Assembly (NCBI GenBank): GCA_010093605.1 | Contig: MU004187.1 | Coordinates: forward strand, 372,001-436,000 | Direction of reading: 5' to 3' | Length of the DNA: 64,000 nt | DNA from: Lophium mytilinum | Taxonomy: Eukaryota | Shown: in pieces, positions 47,266 to 61,020 of the stretch | Numbering within the stretch: position 1 is the stretch's first letter | Layout: every line of letters begins with the position of its first letter | Notes under the pieces: model-generated | What the model was told of the DNA's origin: nothing | The model's database searches: none | What the model saw: the letters and a program-made list of their open reading frames with translations, nothing else | Program-made: the position numbers and the translations under genes

Positions 47266-48384
47266 ATGCTCCGCACCCTCCTCCCCCATTCTCTCCCTCG
47301 CGCACACCCACTCCTCCAACGCGCCTTCTCAACCTCAAGAACAATGGCCGAGCAACTACGCATAGGCTTCGTACCTGGTACACCCCCCTAAACCGTCCCT
47401 CTCATAACTCAATTCTGTGACTGACGCCCAGCTAGAACACTTCTCCACCCCCCTCCACTTCGCCTCCACCCACCACGCCCTCGCGGCCTCTCTCCTCCCC
47501 TTCCCCTCCGGTACCGGCCACATGGTGCAAGCACTCCAAGCCGGCGAGATCGACATAGGCGTCGGCCTGACCGAAGGGTGGGTCGCGGCGCTCGGGAAAG
47601 CGCAGACCGCGAAGCAAGACGCTGGGTTCAAGGTCGTGGGGACGTATGTCGAGACGCCGCTTTGCTGGGCGATAAGTACGGGTGCGAAGCGGGAGATTGA
47701 GGGGGTGGAGGGGCTGAGGGGGAAGAAGATGGGGGTTAGTAGGATTGGGAGGTGGGTTCTTGACCTGGGATTCAATGTCGTGGGCATGCGTAGCTAATAG
47801 TTGAGTCTAGTGGTTCATACGTTATGGGCTTCGTGCTCGCCGATCAACAAGGCTGGCTTGGATCGGCCAAAGGAGGAGAGGCGCCATTCGAGGTCATTCC
47901 TCTGAATACGTTCGCGCAACTCCGCGACGGAGTTAATGACGGCACGGCTGACTTCTTCATGTGGGAGCATTTCACATCAAAGAAGTACTATGATAATAGG
48001 GAGATCAAGCGAATTGGGGAGATCTATACACCGTGGAGCTCGTGGAAGATTGTGGCTTCTAATAAGCTTCTCTCGCCGTCGTCGCCTTCGAAGGTAACGC
48101 CGGAGTTTACAGCGGTGCTGGAATCGATCAATAAGGGTGTCAGGCATTTTGAGTCGAACAAAGAGGAAGCTGTCGAGTATATCTATACAAGTTTGGATTA
48201 CTCGGAAGAAGATGCGCGGGAGTGGCTTAAGACGGTGCGGTTTGCGCAGGACGTGAGGGGTGTTGATGCAAGTGTGCTGGAGAAGACAGTGGACGTCTTG
48301 GCGAAGGCCGGGGTATTGGAGAAAGACGTTACAGCGAGAAATATGGCGGGGATGCTGAGGAGTGAGGCTGTCAAATGGATATGA
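47266..48384 (+). CDS. NMT1/THI5-like periplasmic-binding-fold protein (Ca3427-like); 3 exons, two in-frame ATGs (47266, 47344)
   Basis: LRIGFVP-EHFSTPL, PSGTGHM..EIDIGVGLTEG, YVETPLCWAISTG, GVSRIG-SGSYVMGFV and ADFFMWEHFTSKKYYD..IGEIYTPW. Confidence 0.88.
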
Positions 48385-48784
48385 GGAGTGAATCAAGGTA
48401 ATTAGGGCCTGGATTTGGTAAGGACTTTGGATTGGCGCATCTAGTGCATGGCATGGCGTTGTGAACGTTCACAGCATTCGAACATATGTTCAGAGGGGCT
48501 CGGTCTTACTTTGCCTTCATCGGGCTTTCCCTAGGCCGCATGTGTTTTTCATAGCTCGCATAGATGCACCAGCGAGAGGAGAAATTGAAGAGCAATTTGC
48601 TACACAGAGACTCCAAGCTTCATATAATATGATTGCAGAAGCTATGCGTATCTCAACCGTCCTAGGAGGACAAGGCGAAATTCGTCGCTACTTCATAGCC
48701 GTCATGATAAACGCCGTTTCGAATGGCACCCTTTTCAACCCATTGCAACACCCAACATACTGAAACGTTGCCCCTTTTCTCTCC

Positions 48785-49717
48785 TTAAACCTCTACACTT
48801 TGCTCCTTCTTCTTCCCGCCCCCTGCAATCATATCCAAAAAGCCCTGCTTCGTCATCTCGCTCACCCTCTCCTCCCGTTTCGCTATCCCGACTACGCCTT
48901 CTTTCCGCGCACTCTTCGCCGCCTCTTCACCCTTCACCTGCGCCGCCCTAAACGCATTGAACATATGAATCACACCTCTCTGCGCCGTCTTCATCAGCCT
49001 CTTGTCATCCTCCAACACCTTGCCCGTGTCCACTTCCACCGCACTTACACCTAACACGTCCTTTACCCTGCCCTTCTCCTTAGCCACCCGCTTATCCTCG
49101 CGCATTTTCGACCGCGCTTTCGCTTCTAGCCGGGACTCGTTGAGCGACCGGGATGTCTCTGCCGCTGCAGCGGAACGAGAGAGTAAGGGGTCAGCGCGCT
49201 TGGCGTGACTGAGTTTCGAACTGAGGATGTGGGACATGGAATTCGCAAAGGCGGAGGGGTCGTTGCGTTTGGACTTTTGCTTCTGAGGACGCGCTGTCCC
49301 GTTTTCTTCTCCTTCTGAGTCTGAGGCTTCTTCAGATTCGCCATCTTGTTCTTCTTCGTCGAAGGAGTCGTTCAGGTCGAGGTCGTTGAGGTCGGCTTCT
49401 GAGGCGGAGGATGGGATTGAGCCTTCGAGGTCTTCGTCCGAGCCTTCTTCCTCTTCTTGGTCGTGTGGAGCGGTGACAGGCGGGGCGTCGATTGCTTTGA
49501 GTATTGGTTTTGGCTTTCGGGTTGTCGATTGTGGGATTGAATTGACGTCGGAAACTTCTGAAGGTTTTGCGACTTCGTTGTTGGAATTGGCGTCGCCTTC
49601 ATCTTCCGAGCTGGAGCTGTGGTATTCAAGCTGGCGCTTTACTTTCTTTGACTTCTTGGGCGTCCTCCCGCGCATGCCGTCCTCGGTCCATCGTCGCTTG
49701 AGCGTTGTTGAAGGCAT
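48785..49717 (-). CDS. RRP15: Ribosomal RNA-processing protein RRP15
   Basis: Acidic N-half, then KRNDPSAFANSMSHIL..DPLLSRS, KTAQRGVIHMFNAFRAAQ and EMTKQGFLDMI. The likely start is MPSTTLKR. Confidence 0.88.
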   Translation of the reverse strand: MPSTTLKRRWTEDGMRGRTPKKSKKVKRQLEYHSSSSEDEGDANSNNEVAKPSEVSDVNSIPQSTTRKPKPILKAIDAPPVTAPHDQEEEEGSDEDLEGSIPSSASEADLNDLDLNDSFDEEEQDGESEEASDSEGEENGTARPQKQKSKRNDPSAFANSMSHILSSKLSHAKRADPLLSRSAAAAETSRSLNESRLEAKARSKMREDKRVAKEKGRVKDVLGVSAVEVDTGKVLEDDKRLMKTAQRGVIHMFNAFRAAQVKGEEAAKSARKEGVVGIAKREERVSEMTKQGFLDMIAGGGKKKEQSVEV

Positions 49718-49923
49718 TTCGTGGGAATTGTTGGTTCTTGACTTTGGGTTAAAATATTTCGAAGAGAAAATCGAAGAGAGGTCAAAATTTGGCGCTTGGG
49801 CCACCTCCGACTCCCCGCATCGCATCAGCACCACCATTTACACCACAAAATCCACCCCCGGACTACTGATACACCAGTGCAACACCCTCTATCGCCCGTA
49901 TCTCCGAATAACACTGCCCTAAG

Positions 49924-51638
<1,715 letters not shown>

Positions 51639-53919
51639 GCAGCGTCCTGCAAGTTTAACTGGTTTGAGGTTTCCATTCGATCGAATTTATGCATAGCTAT
51701 GGCGTTAGGGGGCCAGCCGGAACCTTGTAGGTTGGGTGTGCACATGTTTCAAGATATATCCTCAAGTGCTGATCTTAGAATGATGCTTATATGCATACGA
51801 GAACATTCTAAAGGACTTCAGCATGCTCTTAGGGGCCTGTCACGTGGCTGCCAGGTAATGCTTGCCAGAGTAGATATACAAGCGTCTCCGTTGCTTCCTC
51901 CAGCTCCAATACTGCAAAGAGTAAGACCCTTGTTATGCGAATTCCAAGCAACAATACCATTATACCGCGACCAATGATGTCTGGGGGATGCGGATCAGCA
52001 AAAAGTGTTGATGGACGAAATGTTCTGCGGCTGCGAGAACAGTGTCGGGCTTCCCACACTCATATTTCCCTCACTGCTCATCACAAGACTGTGATAATGC
52101 TCTTCTTCATTGTTTCACGAGCATGCTTTCAATTGCCGGTTTCTCAAATCTTTTCTGTCGTTGTCGCCTCCTCGCCATTATGATCGACATTGTCCGACAC
52201 TGTCCTGCATCATCAACTTCAGAATCTTCAGCCAACACGCTCATTCCCGTCAACTCCACTGAGATAGGCGATGGTGACAGTTTTTGAGCCACCCCCAACT
52301 CCTTTTGCTACTCCATGACTGGAAATCAGGTTGGGTTTTGACCAGAACCCACCAGCGACCATTTCCCAACGTCCAAACTGCTTTGAACACCGCGTAGCTC
52401 CCTCTCCCGCACAGCCACTAGTCATCTTGAGTGGTAAGGTTTATCAGAGTCCCACGACAGCCATGAATCGGTTTCGGGTGCACTGTTGAACCCCTTCCGA
52501 TTCCCTCCTTCTCCCATAATAGGTGTGGTGGTTGAGTTCTACCCAGAACCCAACGCCGACCATGATGTCTTAACTTGCCGGCTTTTTATATGAAAAACCC
52601 CAACCTTTTCCTGAAGAACGGAATGTGTGGTGGCAGTCGTGAGATTTATAGAGGATTTTGTAGCGCCAAGAGGGGCGCACGTGATGGGCATGTAATGGTG
52701 CAGTTGATTTTGGAGCTTGATATAGGCGAAGCTGCGGGAGATTCATGTTATGATCATGATAGACGCAATTCATGCTAGTATAGTTTTGGAAAAGCCGGGG
52801 AGGCGGTGGCAGCTTGCTCGCGTTATAGAAGATTTGGTGTATATGCATGGGGCTTGTGAATGAAGTGGATTTTTGAAGCCTTACGAACCGGCCTATTGCA
52901 TCTATTGCATCTGTATGAACTGGGGCGCGTCAAAGATTTAGTATGGGTAAGTGCTATTCGCAAATTTTGTATGTTCACCCTTGATTACGGGGTGTCCCGT
53001 TTCTTACGAGTGGTGCTCTTCTTAGGGGTTATCCTATTTTACGGGAAACTCCTAGGACTCCAGAGAAGCCGGATTGTGTCTCCTGTAAGGGTGTGTAGTG
53101 TAGTATGATGTGTGAAATTCAGTAGCATGAGTAGATGATGCGGACTGCAGAAGGGCAGGGGGACCTCGAAAGTATAGTCCAAGCGCTTTACAAAAGCGGC
53201 AAGGGCTGCTAACCTAGTCCAGCTTAACGCTCCTACAGAGTTCATTTTAACTTTGACATCGCCCTCCATCCTGAACGATTTTGTAAAGTCCTTACTCCCC
53301 ATGATTATCAATACCCTCAGTTCCTTCGCACTTTATGGTGTCTTTTCGAACTGCCGGGTTTCCGTCCCTGGGTTGCTCTAGAATAGGGGATTTCCTAGGG
53401 TCTATCATTAGAACTAAGAGAAAGCCCCTCTCATAAAATACCCTTGTTGCTATTATTTCTCATTGGGTGCTTCATATACGATCGAAGACGATGTAGCTCC
53501 ACACAGGATGCAAGATTCCGTCTAGGAAGCGGATCAGCTCTCGAGGCTGAGAATACAGCGACATATGTGTGTAACGTAGCGGCCCAATCCGATTCCACAG
53601 ATATTCCTCAGCCGCTTCTATACGAGATCATGCAGGAGGCGCAATGTCGCTAGAGAACTCCTACCCAATGGCTTGAATTGTTGTCCATTGGTCTGACAAG
53701 TATTCGACGAGGCTGAAGCTTCCGGGAGGCACTGTTCCCCGCTCCCGGTCTCTTCGAACTTCTGCCACTGCATCATTCAGTGCTCATCACAGATATCATT
53801 CCCGCTGCTTCATTATCGTTGTTGCCGCAAATTTGTGCGATTTATTGATCAGAAAGTCACGCTAGCTATTCAGCCGCCTATCGTGCCATCGCGTCATTCC
53901 TGAGCCTTCATCGGTTGAG

Positions 53920-56900
53920 ATGGCTCCGCCTGGGGGCTCAGAGGTGAGGGCCACAGGGTTCACGACCCTCTATGAGCCGGGGCCAGGACTGGCAAAGGTA
54001 GAGTAAGTACCAAATATCGCCCCTCGATCTGACGGAAGTTGAGTATCGTAATGACAGCATCATCTTTGTCCACGGACTTGGAGGCCATCCTCGTACCACC
54101 TGGGCGACCTCGAACAAATTGATAGGGAAGGGGAAGGCCAAGCAAGAGGAAAAGAAGGCGAGCAAGAAAGAGAGGAAGAAGGGAATATCACGTATTGGCG
54201 GTCTCTTCAAAAGGTCGCCGAGTCGTCGTAAGGATAACGATGCGCAAGAAATTAGCGCGACCGATAAATTCACCGATGCAACAAGACATGACGGATCCGA
54301 TGCGGGGGTAACGGTACCTTCTGATGACCAAGAGATTGAGAGAAAGGAGCGGGAGCATAGGAAGGCAGTTTCGACAACGGTGTTCTGGCCGAAGGACCTG
54401 CTGCCTAAAGTGTGCAATAATGCACGCATTCTGACTTGGGGCTACGACGCGCAAGTAACGAAAGGCTGGTGGTCTGCTGGAGCTAACAAGAACACCGTCT
54501 ACCAGCATGGAGAATCTCTTGTCAATGACCTTCCACGACACCGAGATCTCGAAAGGCCAATCATATGGATTGCACACTCTTTGGGAGGTATTGTCGTCAA
54601 AGAGGTAGGAGCGCCTCTCATTTCTTATTTCTCCTCGATTCTCTGGACACTTGATAACCATATATGCAGGCCCTTACTCTGTCGGATGCTGCCGACAAAG
54701 TAGATGAGCGTAGATTGAAGAACATTGTCATTTCTACGGCCGCAGTCGTGTTTATGGGTACTCCTCACAGAGGAGGTAACTCAGAACATGTTAGCTTGGG
54801 CGAAATAGCTCGCAAAGCCGCTAGCGCAGTCGGAATAGACACGAATCCGGCCTTGTTAGATGCTCTTGGGCTAAAAACTGCGGATCTTGAAAGACTTCAA
54901 AATTCTTTCTCTCGTCTTTGGAAATCATACAACTTTAGGGTCAAGACATTCCGGGAATCAACTGGATTTTCAAAAGTGAATATACGATCCGCTAATGACA
55001 AGGTAGTTCTATCCCCGTCCGTAGAGCGCGATGTCGCCATGTGCCAATACCATTGACCGTCTACTAAACATTGCGAGTTTTAGGTTGTCCCTGATATTTC
55101 GGCAAGCCTAGGAGATCCGAGAGAGCATGCCGAGATGCTGGACGGAAATCACACCGAAATCTGTCGCATGTCAGAGTCCGACACAAATTGGGGGAAGGTC
55201 TCTGGCGAACTGAAAGAGCTGTGTAGGGAAGCCGAAATACTGGCGGCAGCAAAGGCCAGGGTGGCTCCTAAAATCCTCGACAACCTTGACAAAGGTGTGG
55301 AAACCCAAACCCTCTAGCCTTCATCTTCGCTTATGGTCCGTCAAGAATGTCTTCGTTCTCTGTTCTTCCCCGAGATGAACGCCCGATCAAACGCAATTGC
55401 TGGGCCTGCCAATAATACGACCAATTGGATTCAGCAGGACAGTCGTTTCAACGCCTGGCATAATTGGGATGAAACTGCCCAACCCAATGCCCTCCTTTGG
55501 ATTAAAGGCAAACCTGGATCCGGAAAGTCGACAGTCATGAAGTCAATGATGAAGCAAATTGTTATTGACGACCGTGGCAGGGCTGATAACAGCATCAACT
55601 TGGTCATCTCATTTTTCTTTAGCGCCAAGGGAGTTCCACTGCAAAGGTCGTCGATCGGACTCTATCGGTCCTTGGTCTATCAGCTTGTGAATACGAATTC
55701 ACACATTCGAGAGGCTTTCTTACCACTTTGGCGAGAAAAGGTCCAAGATCTCGAATACATTGACGGTCAGCGAGTGACTGCGTGTCAGTGGCAAGAGACC
55801 GAGTTGAAATCATTCCTCGAGGAAGTTTACCGAAACAGACTCCCTGATAAAGTAAGGACAATCATATTTGTCGATGCTCTGGACGAATGCCAGGATGCTC
55901 ACGATACCGAGGTCATCTCAAATGAGGCACGCGACGTTGTCTTTTTCCTCCAAGAACTCTCAAGAATTGCCCGAAGCAACGGTCTGGCTTTAGATGTCTG
56001 CTTATCCAGCAGGTCTTCATTCACAGCCGGCACAAAGAATGTTCGTGAGATTATCGTAGACCAGTGCAATTTGAAAGATATATCAACCTACGTCAACGCA
56101 CGTCTTATAGCGATCGATAGTCGTGAGCCCGATAGTTTATGGAAGCTAGGCCAAGATATCGTGGAGAGATCCTCTGGCATTTTTCTGTGGGCGAAACTCG
56201 TCGTGGATATGCTACTTGACGATGCCGATGGTGGACGAAACATGGCGTATCTCCGGAAAAGACTCTCTACCCTGCCCCGAAACTTGGAGCAGATATACAA
56301 GGACATGTTGGAAAGTAGACGTGGAGAAGATGATAGCCAAGGGCTTACTGTTAAGTTCTTCCAATGGGCCATCTTCAGTGTCAAGCCTTTGCAGCTCCGA
56401 GAATGGCACCTCATTTTCGCTTTTATTCAATTTCCGCCGCCCAAGTCTCTAAGCGAATGGCAGTCATCTGAGAACTTCATCGCTGATAACGACGAACTGG
56501 AAAAGACAATTAGGCGGATTTCAAGAGGACTGGTTGAGGTGACGACAGGCCAAGAGTTGGAAATGTCGGATGAAGACTCAACGAAAGCAGGCGCTGGTTC
56601 TCTTGATCTTGAGATTGGAGATACACGTACAGTTCAAGTCATTCACGAGTCTGTTCGGGAGTTCTTCCGCTTTCGCGGTGGATTTGCCGTTTTGGACGAT
56701 CGATTCAATGGACCGGAATCGACGGCTGCTGAAGCACATTCGACCATTGTCGAATGCTGTCTCAACTACCTGAACATTAAGGAGTTTGATGATTGGATAG
56801 AGGCTAAACGCATCCATGATAATGATAGTTTATATGCCGTATCGCTACGGAGCCGAGCCGTTGGAGATTCTACCAGCATCTTTCGGCGAGCAAGTGTAGG

Positions 56901-58941
56901 AAGCTTTTGTTCCGCAAGCTCTCAATCATCTGATTATGGTAGGCCTGCTAAGACAGTGCCATCAATTTCTCACCTAAATTTAGATTCGGAAGGTCTCACA
57001 GGGAAGGACAAAGCGCTGCAAGATTTTTTGCTTGTGCAGCGTGAGCAGTATTTGTTTGCTGGGGAAGCAGCTTCGAAGACCGACACGTGCTGTATTCAAC
57101 CTCCGGATAATGCAACTTATCCTCATATCATTCCGAGTCCTGGAACCAGCTCTGAGAGTAGCATCATAAACGAATCGAGTAGCATTAGGTCATCACAAGA
57201 ACTGCAGATCTTAGGATCGGGAGCCAGAGACATATTAGCGCTCCGTGACTACGCGTTATACGAAGTGCTTACCCATGCAAAAGTCGCTCAGATTCCGGAT
57301 ATACCCCCGTTTGGTGTGGTTGGCCGATTCGTAAACACGTGGGAGCGCTTCCTACTCCTACGTGAGGATCTCAAGCGCGGAACGAGTTGTATTCAGTTTT
57401 GTCTCGGGATGAATATGATCCCGTACATCATACCGGCATTAGAGCTTCGAGTAGAACCACTCATCAATGCATTTTGCCTAGCTTCAGACTTGGACAACGA
57501 AGCAGCGATGAGGTGCATGGTGAGGAACCAGTGGGAGGTATACTCTGGTCTGAAAAGTACTTCCTTGGGCTCACAATGGAAGGACCTCTCGGAAAACATA
57601 GTAAGAAGGAACCATACATACGCACTCACACACTGGAGGCAGCAATGTGAACGACTACTCTGTGACGAGGGTATTTCGAACGACTGGATCCTGAACATTT
57701 TAGAAGGACGAGGACTAGAAAGACGAACGCCTCTGTTGTTAGTAGCCTGCGAACACGGTGCTGTTATGATGATCCAGATTTTGCTCGAAATGGGGGCAGA
57801 TCCGACGCAAGCCAGAGAAGAACTGAATGTCAAACAAACGCCTCTCGACTATGTATGTGAACACCACGAGGATTTTCACGATACTCTATATGAGCTCGTT
57901 GCGAGCCTCGTCCTTCACGGAGCAGTTGTAAACTCTGTTGGGAGGCTGTCCAATACACCCTTACATTGGCTTTGCAGTGCGTTCGCGGCAGCAGATACCT
58001 TTGACATGTCCAAGGTAGTCGAGCACCTCCTCGTAAACGGCGGCGACTTAGATGCTAAAAACGAGAGTGGCATGACAGCGCTGCACCTGTTCTGCTCATC
58101 GTACAAGGGCGAAACGACAAGCGATTTCACGAGCGTTTTGTCTAGATTAGTCGAATACGGGGGAGATATAAACACAAAAAACAATGTTGGGTACACACCG
58201 CTACACGATTTATGCTCCCGTCACTATTTCTATCGACAACCCTCGAGAATCAAGGAGTTGCTGAAGCTTGGCGGCGATCCCAACATGCAAGACCCATGCG
58301 GCCGAACACCGCTGCACCACAGTTGCACTTCTGGATCAAGTTCAGCAGCACCTTTTGTTCAGATGTTAATTTCTTTTGGTGCTGAGATCAATACCAGGGA
58401 CGTCGAAGGAAGAACCGCGTTGCATGTATATTGTGCCGCATACGACATCACCTCTAGTGTCGAAGTCGTCGCAACCCTTTTGGGCTTTGGTGCTGATGCC
58501 TCTGTCCAGGACTGCCACGGGCATACCCCTTTATCTACCATCGTCAAAACTTCACGGCGAGAGTCGGGTTACGACTTATGTCGTGATATCGCGAGACTAT
58601 TGCTCGAGAGAATGGCCGATATGGACGCTGCCGATCACATTGGAAAAACAGCGTTGCACGAAGCAGTCGATAATCACGATGGCTTGATGGTGGATATTCT
58701 CTTGGAACATCGCGCTAACGTAGATGTACAAGATGAATGCGGTAACACCCCTCTCCATTTAGCGGCCACAGGATTGACCATTGGTGGCCCAGTTGACACT
58801 CCGAGAAGACGGTGTGTGGCTGCGCTGCTGAAAGCAGGAGCAAACTCTGACTTAAAGAATTCCAAGGGTCAGGCCCCACCAGCGGACATCATTGCGGAAA
58901 TAACAGCGGCAAGCGCTTTACAAGTGCCGAAGCGTGGTTGA
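53920..58941 (+). CDS. Fungal NLR-like protein: N-terminal alpha/beta-hydrolase (SesB/DUF676-like) + NACHT + ankyrin repeats; introns ~54003-54057, 54605-54669, 55003-55083, 55295-55345
   Basis: Hydrolase motifs DIIFVHGLGGHPRTTW, FWPKDLLP..ARILTWGYD, AHSLGGIVVKE, FMGTPHRG and GNHTEICRM. NACHT motifs LLWIKGKPGSGKST, IFVDALDEC, GIFLWAKLV and IHESVREFF. About 9-10 G.TPLH ankyrin repeats follow. Confidence 0.9.
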
Positions 58942-59087
58942 CTTGAGTGTCTGTCACCCGAAGAAAGGCTAAGCACAGCTGAACTGTCGAATTCAAGAAA
59001 TATGGTGAAGGACTCCACGATTGGCAATCGCATGGTAAAGAAGACGTATCGTATAATCTTGCGTCTCAACTCAAGTTGGTTTCCTAC

Positions 59088-60437
59088 CTATAACTCTTCA
59101 TCGACATCACAATCCACAGAAACATACCGCTCCTCAACCTCCCTTCTAATCCCCGGAAACCGATTCTCAAAATACGCCGCACATTTCAAGAACGCCGCCA
59201 TCCACTTCGTAGCTTCTCGCTGCTCTTTCTCCTCTTCCGTCTCGACTTCCTCATCATCGTCGAGCTCCTCTCCCATCTCGCCGATGTTTTTCGGGTCCCA
59301 AGGCACGCTTCTTGTGGAGACTCGTTTGTCGGCTTCTCTGAGGCCTGATATCGGAGCATTTATACCTAGACCGTTGATGAAGGTGTAGAAGAATGTAGCC
59401 GGGTATTCGCTATAAGGACATTGCTCGCGACCCGAGGCGCATCCGTCGCGGTCGAAATAGAGGCGAGCAAAATCACGGCTGGATGAGTTGGCATCTGCTG
59501 GTACAGGTGGTCTTGCGGTTGGGTCGGATCCCAAGAGTGGAGAGAGCGTGAGGGGTGTCTGGACAAGTAAGACGACCAGTGTGTCATACGGCAGTGAAGT
59601 CTCCAAATAGAAAGGGTCCCCTGGGACAGTACTTGGTCGAAGTATGGGGCGATGTAGACAGTCCTTTATTTGACGCTGTACAAATGCTATCAGAGGCTGC
59701 AGGCTTTTCCGGGGTGTTTCCTCCGCAGCTACCATGACGCTAATCTCTTCCTTACATTCTTCGTGCGCTCCAGCCATAACGCCAACCTCTTCCATGCACT
59801 TCTCTAGCAACGCAGCGAGTTTGCATAGATTGGTCGACTCAAGCAAGTTCTTCCTTCTTTGAGCAATCTTGAATGAATCAAGAAACACCCGGAACCTCTC
59901 GACTTCAAAACCACTCTTGACGCTGTCATCAGACCCTCGATTCCAGGATGGCCATTTGGCACGAGATTTGGACAGCTGCGACTGCTCTTTCTTGCCTTTC
60001 CTAGCTGAGGGGGAATCCAGCGCCCTGAGTCTTGAGGTGAAAGCAAGCGCTCGCAACGCACCCACCACACACTCTTCCATTTGCGTGAACAAGTCGATGA
60101 CCGGGTCCATGCGGCGCATCCATTTGCGCACCGCATACCAACGATATGTGAGAGTGAGCTCGGGTGAGGTTTTCCATTCGCCGTGGACGAAAGGCGTGGG
60201 ACAGTAGAGGGTGTGGATATCAAGAATCAGATAGTAAAGCTTTTGAAACAGCTCCAGGCGGGTGGAGGATGTGAAGAGAGGGCGCCAGGTTGGGCTTGAT
60301 AAAAGTCTAGAGGAAGCTCGGGAGCTCTGAATCGATAGTTCAAGGACACATGAGAGGGGGAGGAAGTCTAAGATTGCGTGGGTCATTTCCACAGGAAGGG
60401 CGCAGATGCGGGGGTTTAGGGTGTTGGACGACATCAT
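59088..60437 (-). CDS. Hypothetical protein with N-terminal F-box-like motif
   Basis: 449-aa ORF with ICALPVEMTHAILDFLPLSCVLEL near the N-terminus. Confidence 0.7.
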   Translation of the reverse strand: MMSSNTLNPRICALPVEMTHAILDFLPLSCVLELSIQSSRASSRLLSSPTWRPLFTSSTRLELFQKLYYLILDIHTLYCPTPFVHGEWKTSPELTLTYRWYAVRKWMRRMDPVIDLFTQMEECVVGALRALAFTSRLRALDSPSARKGKKEQSQLSKSRAKWPSWNRGSDDSVKSGFEVERFRVFLDSFKIAQRRKNLLESTNLCKLAALLEKCMEEVGVMAGAHEECKEEISVMVAAEETPRKSLQPLIAFVQRQIKDCLHRPILRPSTVPGDPFYLETSLPYDTLVVLLVQTPLTLSPLLGSDPTARPPVPADANSSSRDFARLYFDRDGCASGREQCPYSEYPATFFYTFINGLGINAPISGLREADKRVSTRSVPWDPKNIGEMGEELDDDEEVETEEEKEQREATKWMAAFLKCAAYFENRFPGIRREVEERYVSVDCDVDEEL

Positions 60438-61020
60438 GGCGAATTGTAGGGAAGAGTGCGATGGATTATGTGAGAAACGAGGTTAAGGGAGTTGAAGTGG
60501 AGATATAACAGTTGAGAGTGGGATATGCTCTATATTGTTGTTTGTGACTAGAAGATGTAAAGCTGTGGAGAGGCTGAGGTCCAGTACCTTGGCTCAGCCC
60601 TGTAGGCAACGAGATAAGTCTTGGAACTAGAAGTATAATGCAAATCTCCGTCAGCACTCTAAATGCTGCAAAAAAAATTCGACAAGACATTTAAGAGAAT
60701 GTAAAGTGTTTCTCGAGACCGATGGCGGAAGTGGGGATCAAGCTTTTTGTTACCGTCCCTGACTGTCTTCCGTATTCTAGAATAGAGGCCTGTTCTCTCT
60801 AAGCCATGCTTCGTTTTAACACATGAGCTCAGGGAGTCCGAGTAGAATGTCAATCTAGGAGCGTATACAGCTGGTCCTCGACGTGAGTTGAGGTAAGGTT
60901 CGATGAAAGTTCCCAGCACTTTAGATGTAGCACTATCCTAAGCCGCATCGGGACCTAGCGCCATTTCACGCTTCACGCGTCTCCCTTCAACACCAAACGC
61001 CTATCCAAAGTGACTGGATA

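Noticed and set aside
51700..53900. Search for an amyloid-motif or HeLo/gasdermin partner gene upstream of the NLR; ORF 53039-53311
   Set aside because: No recognisable effector ORF or repeated amyloid motif was found, and the NLR already has its own N-terminal effector domain.
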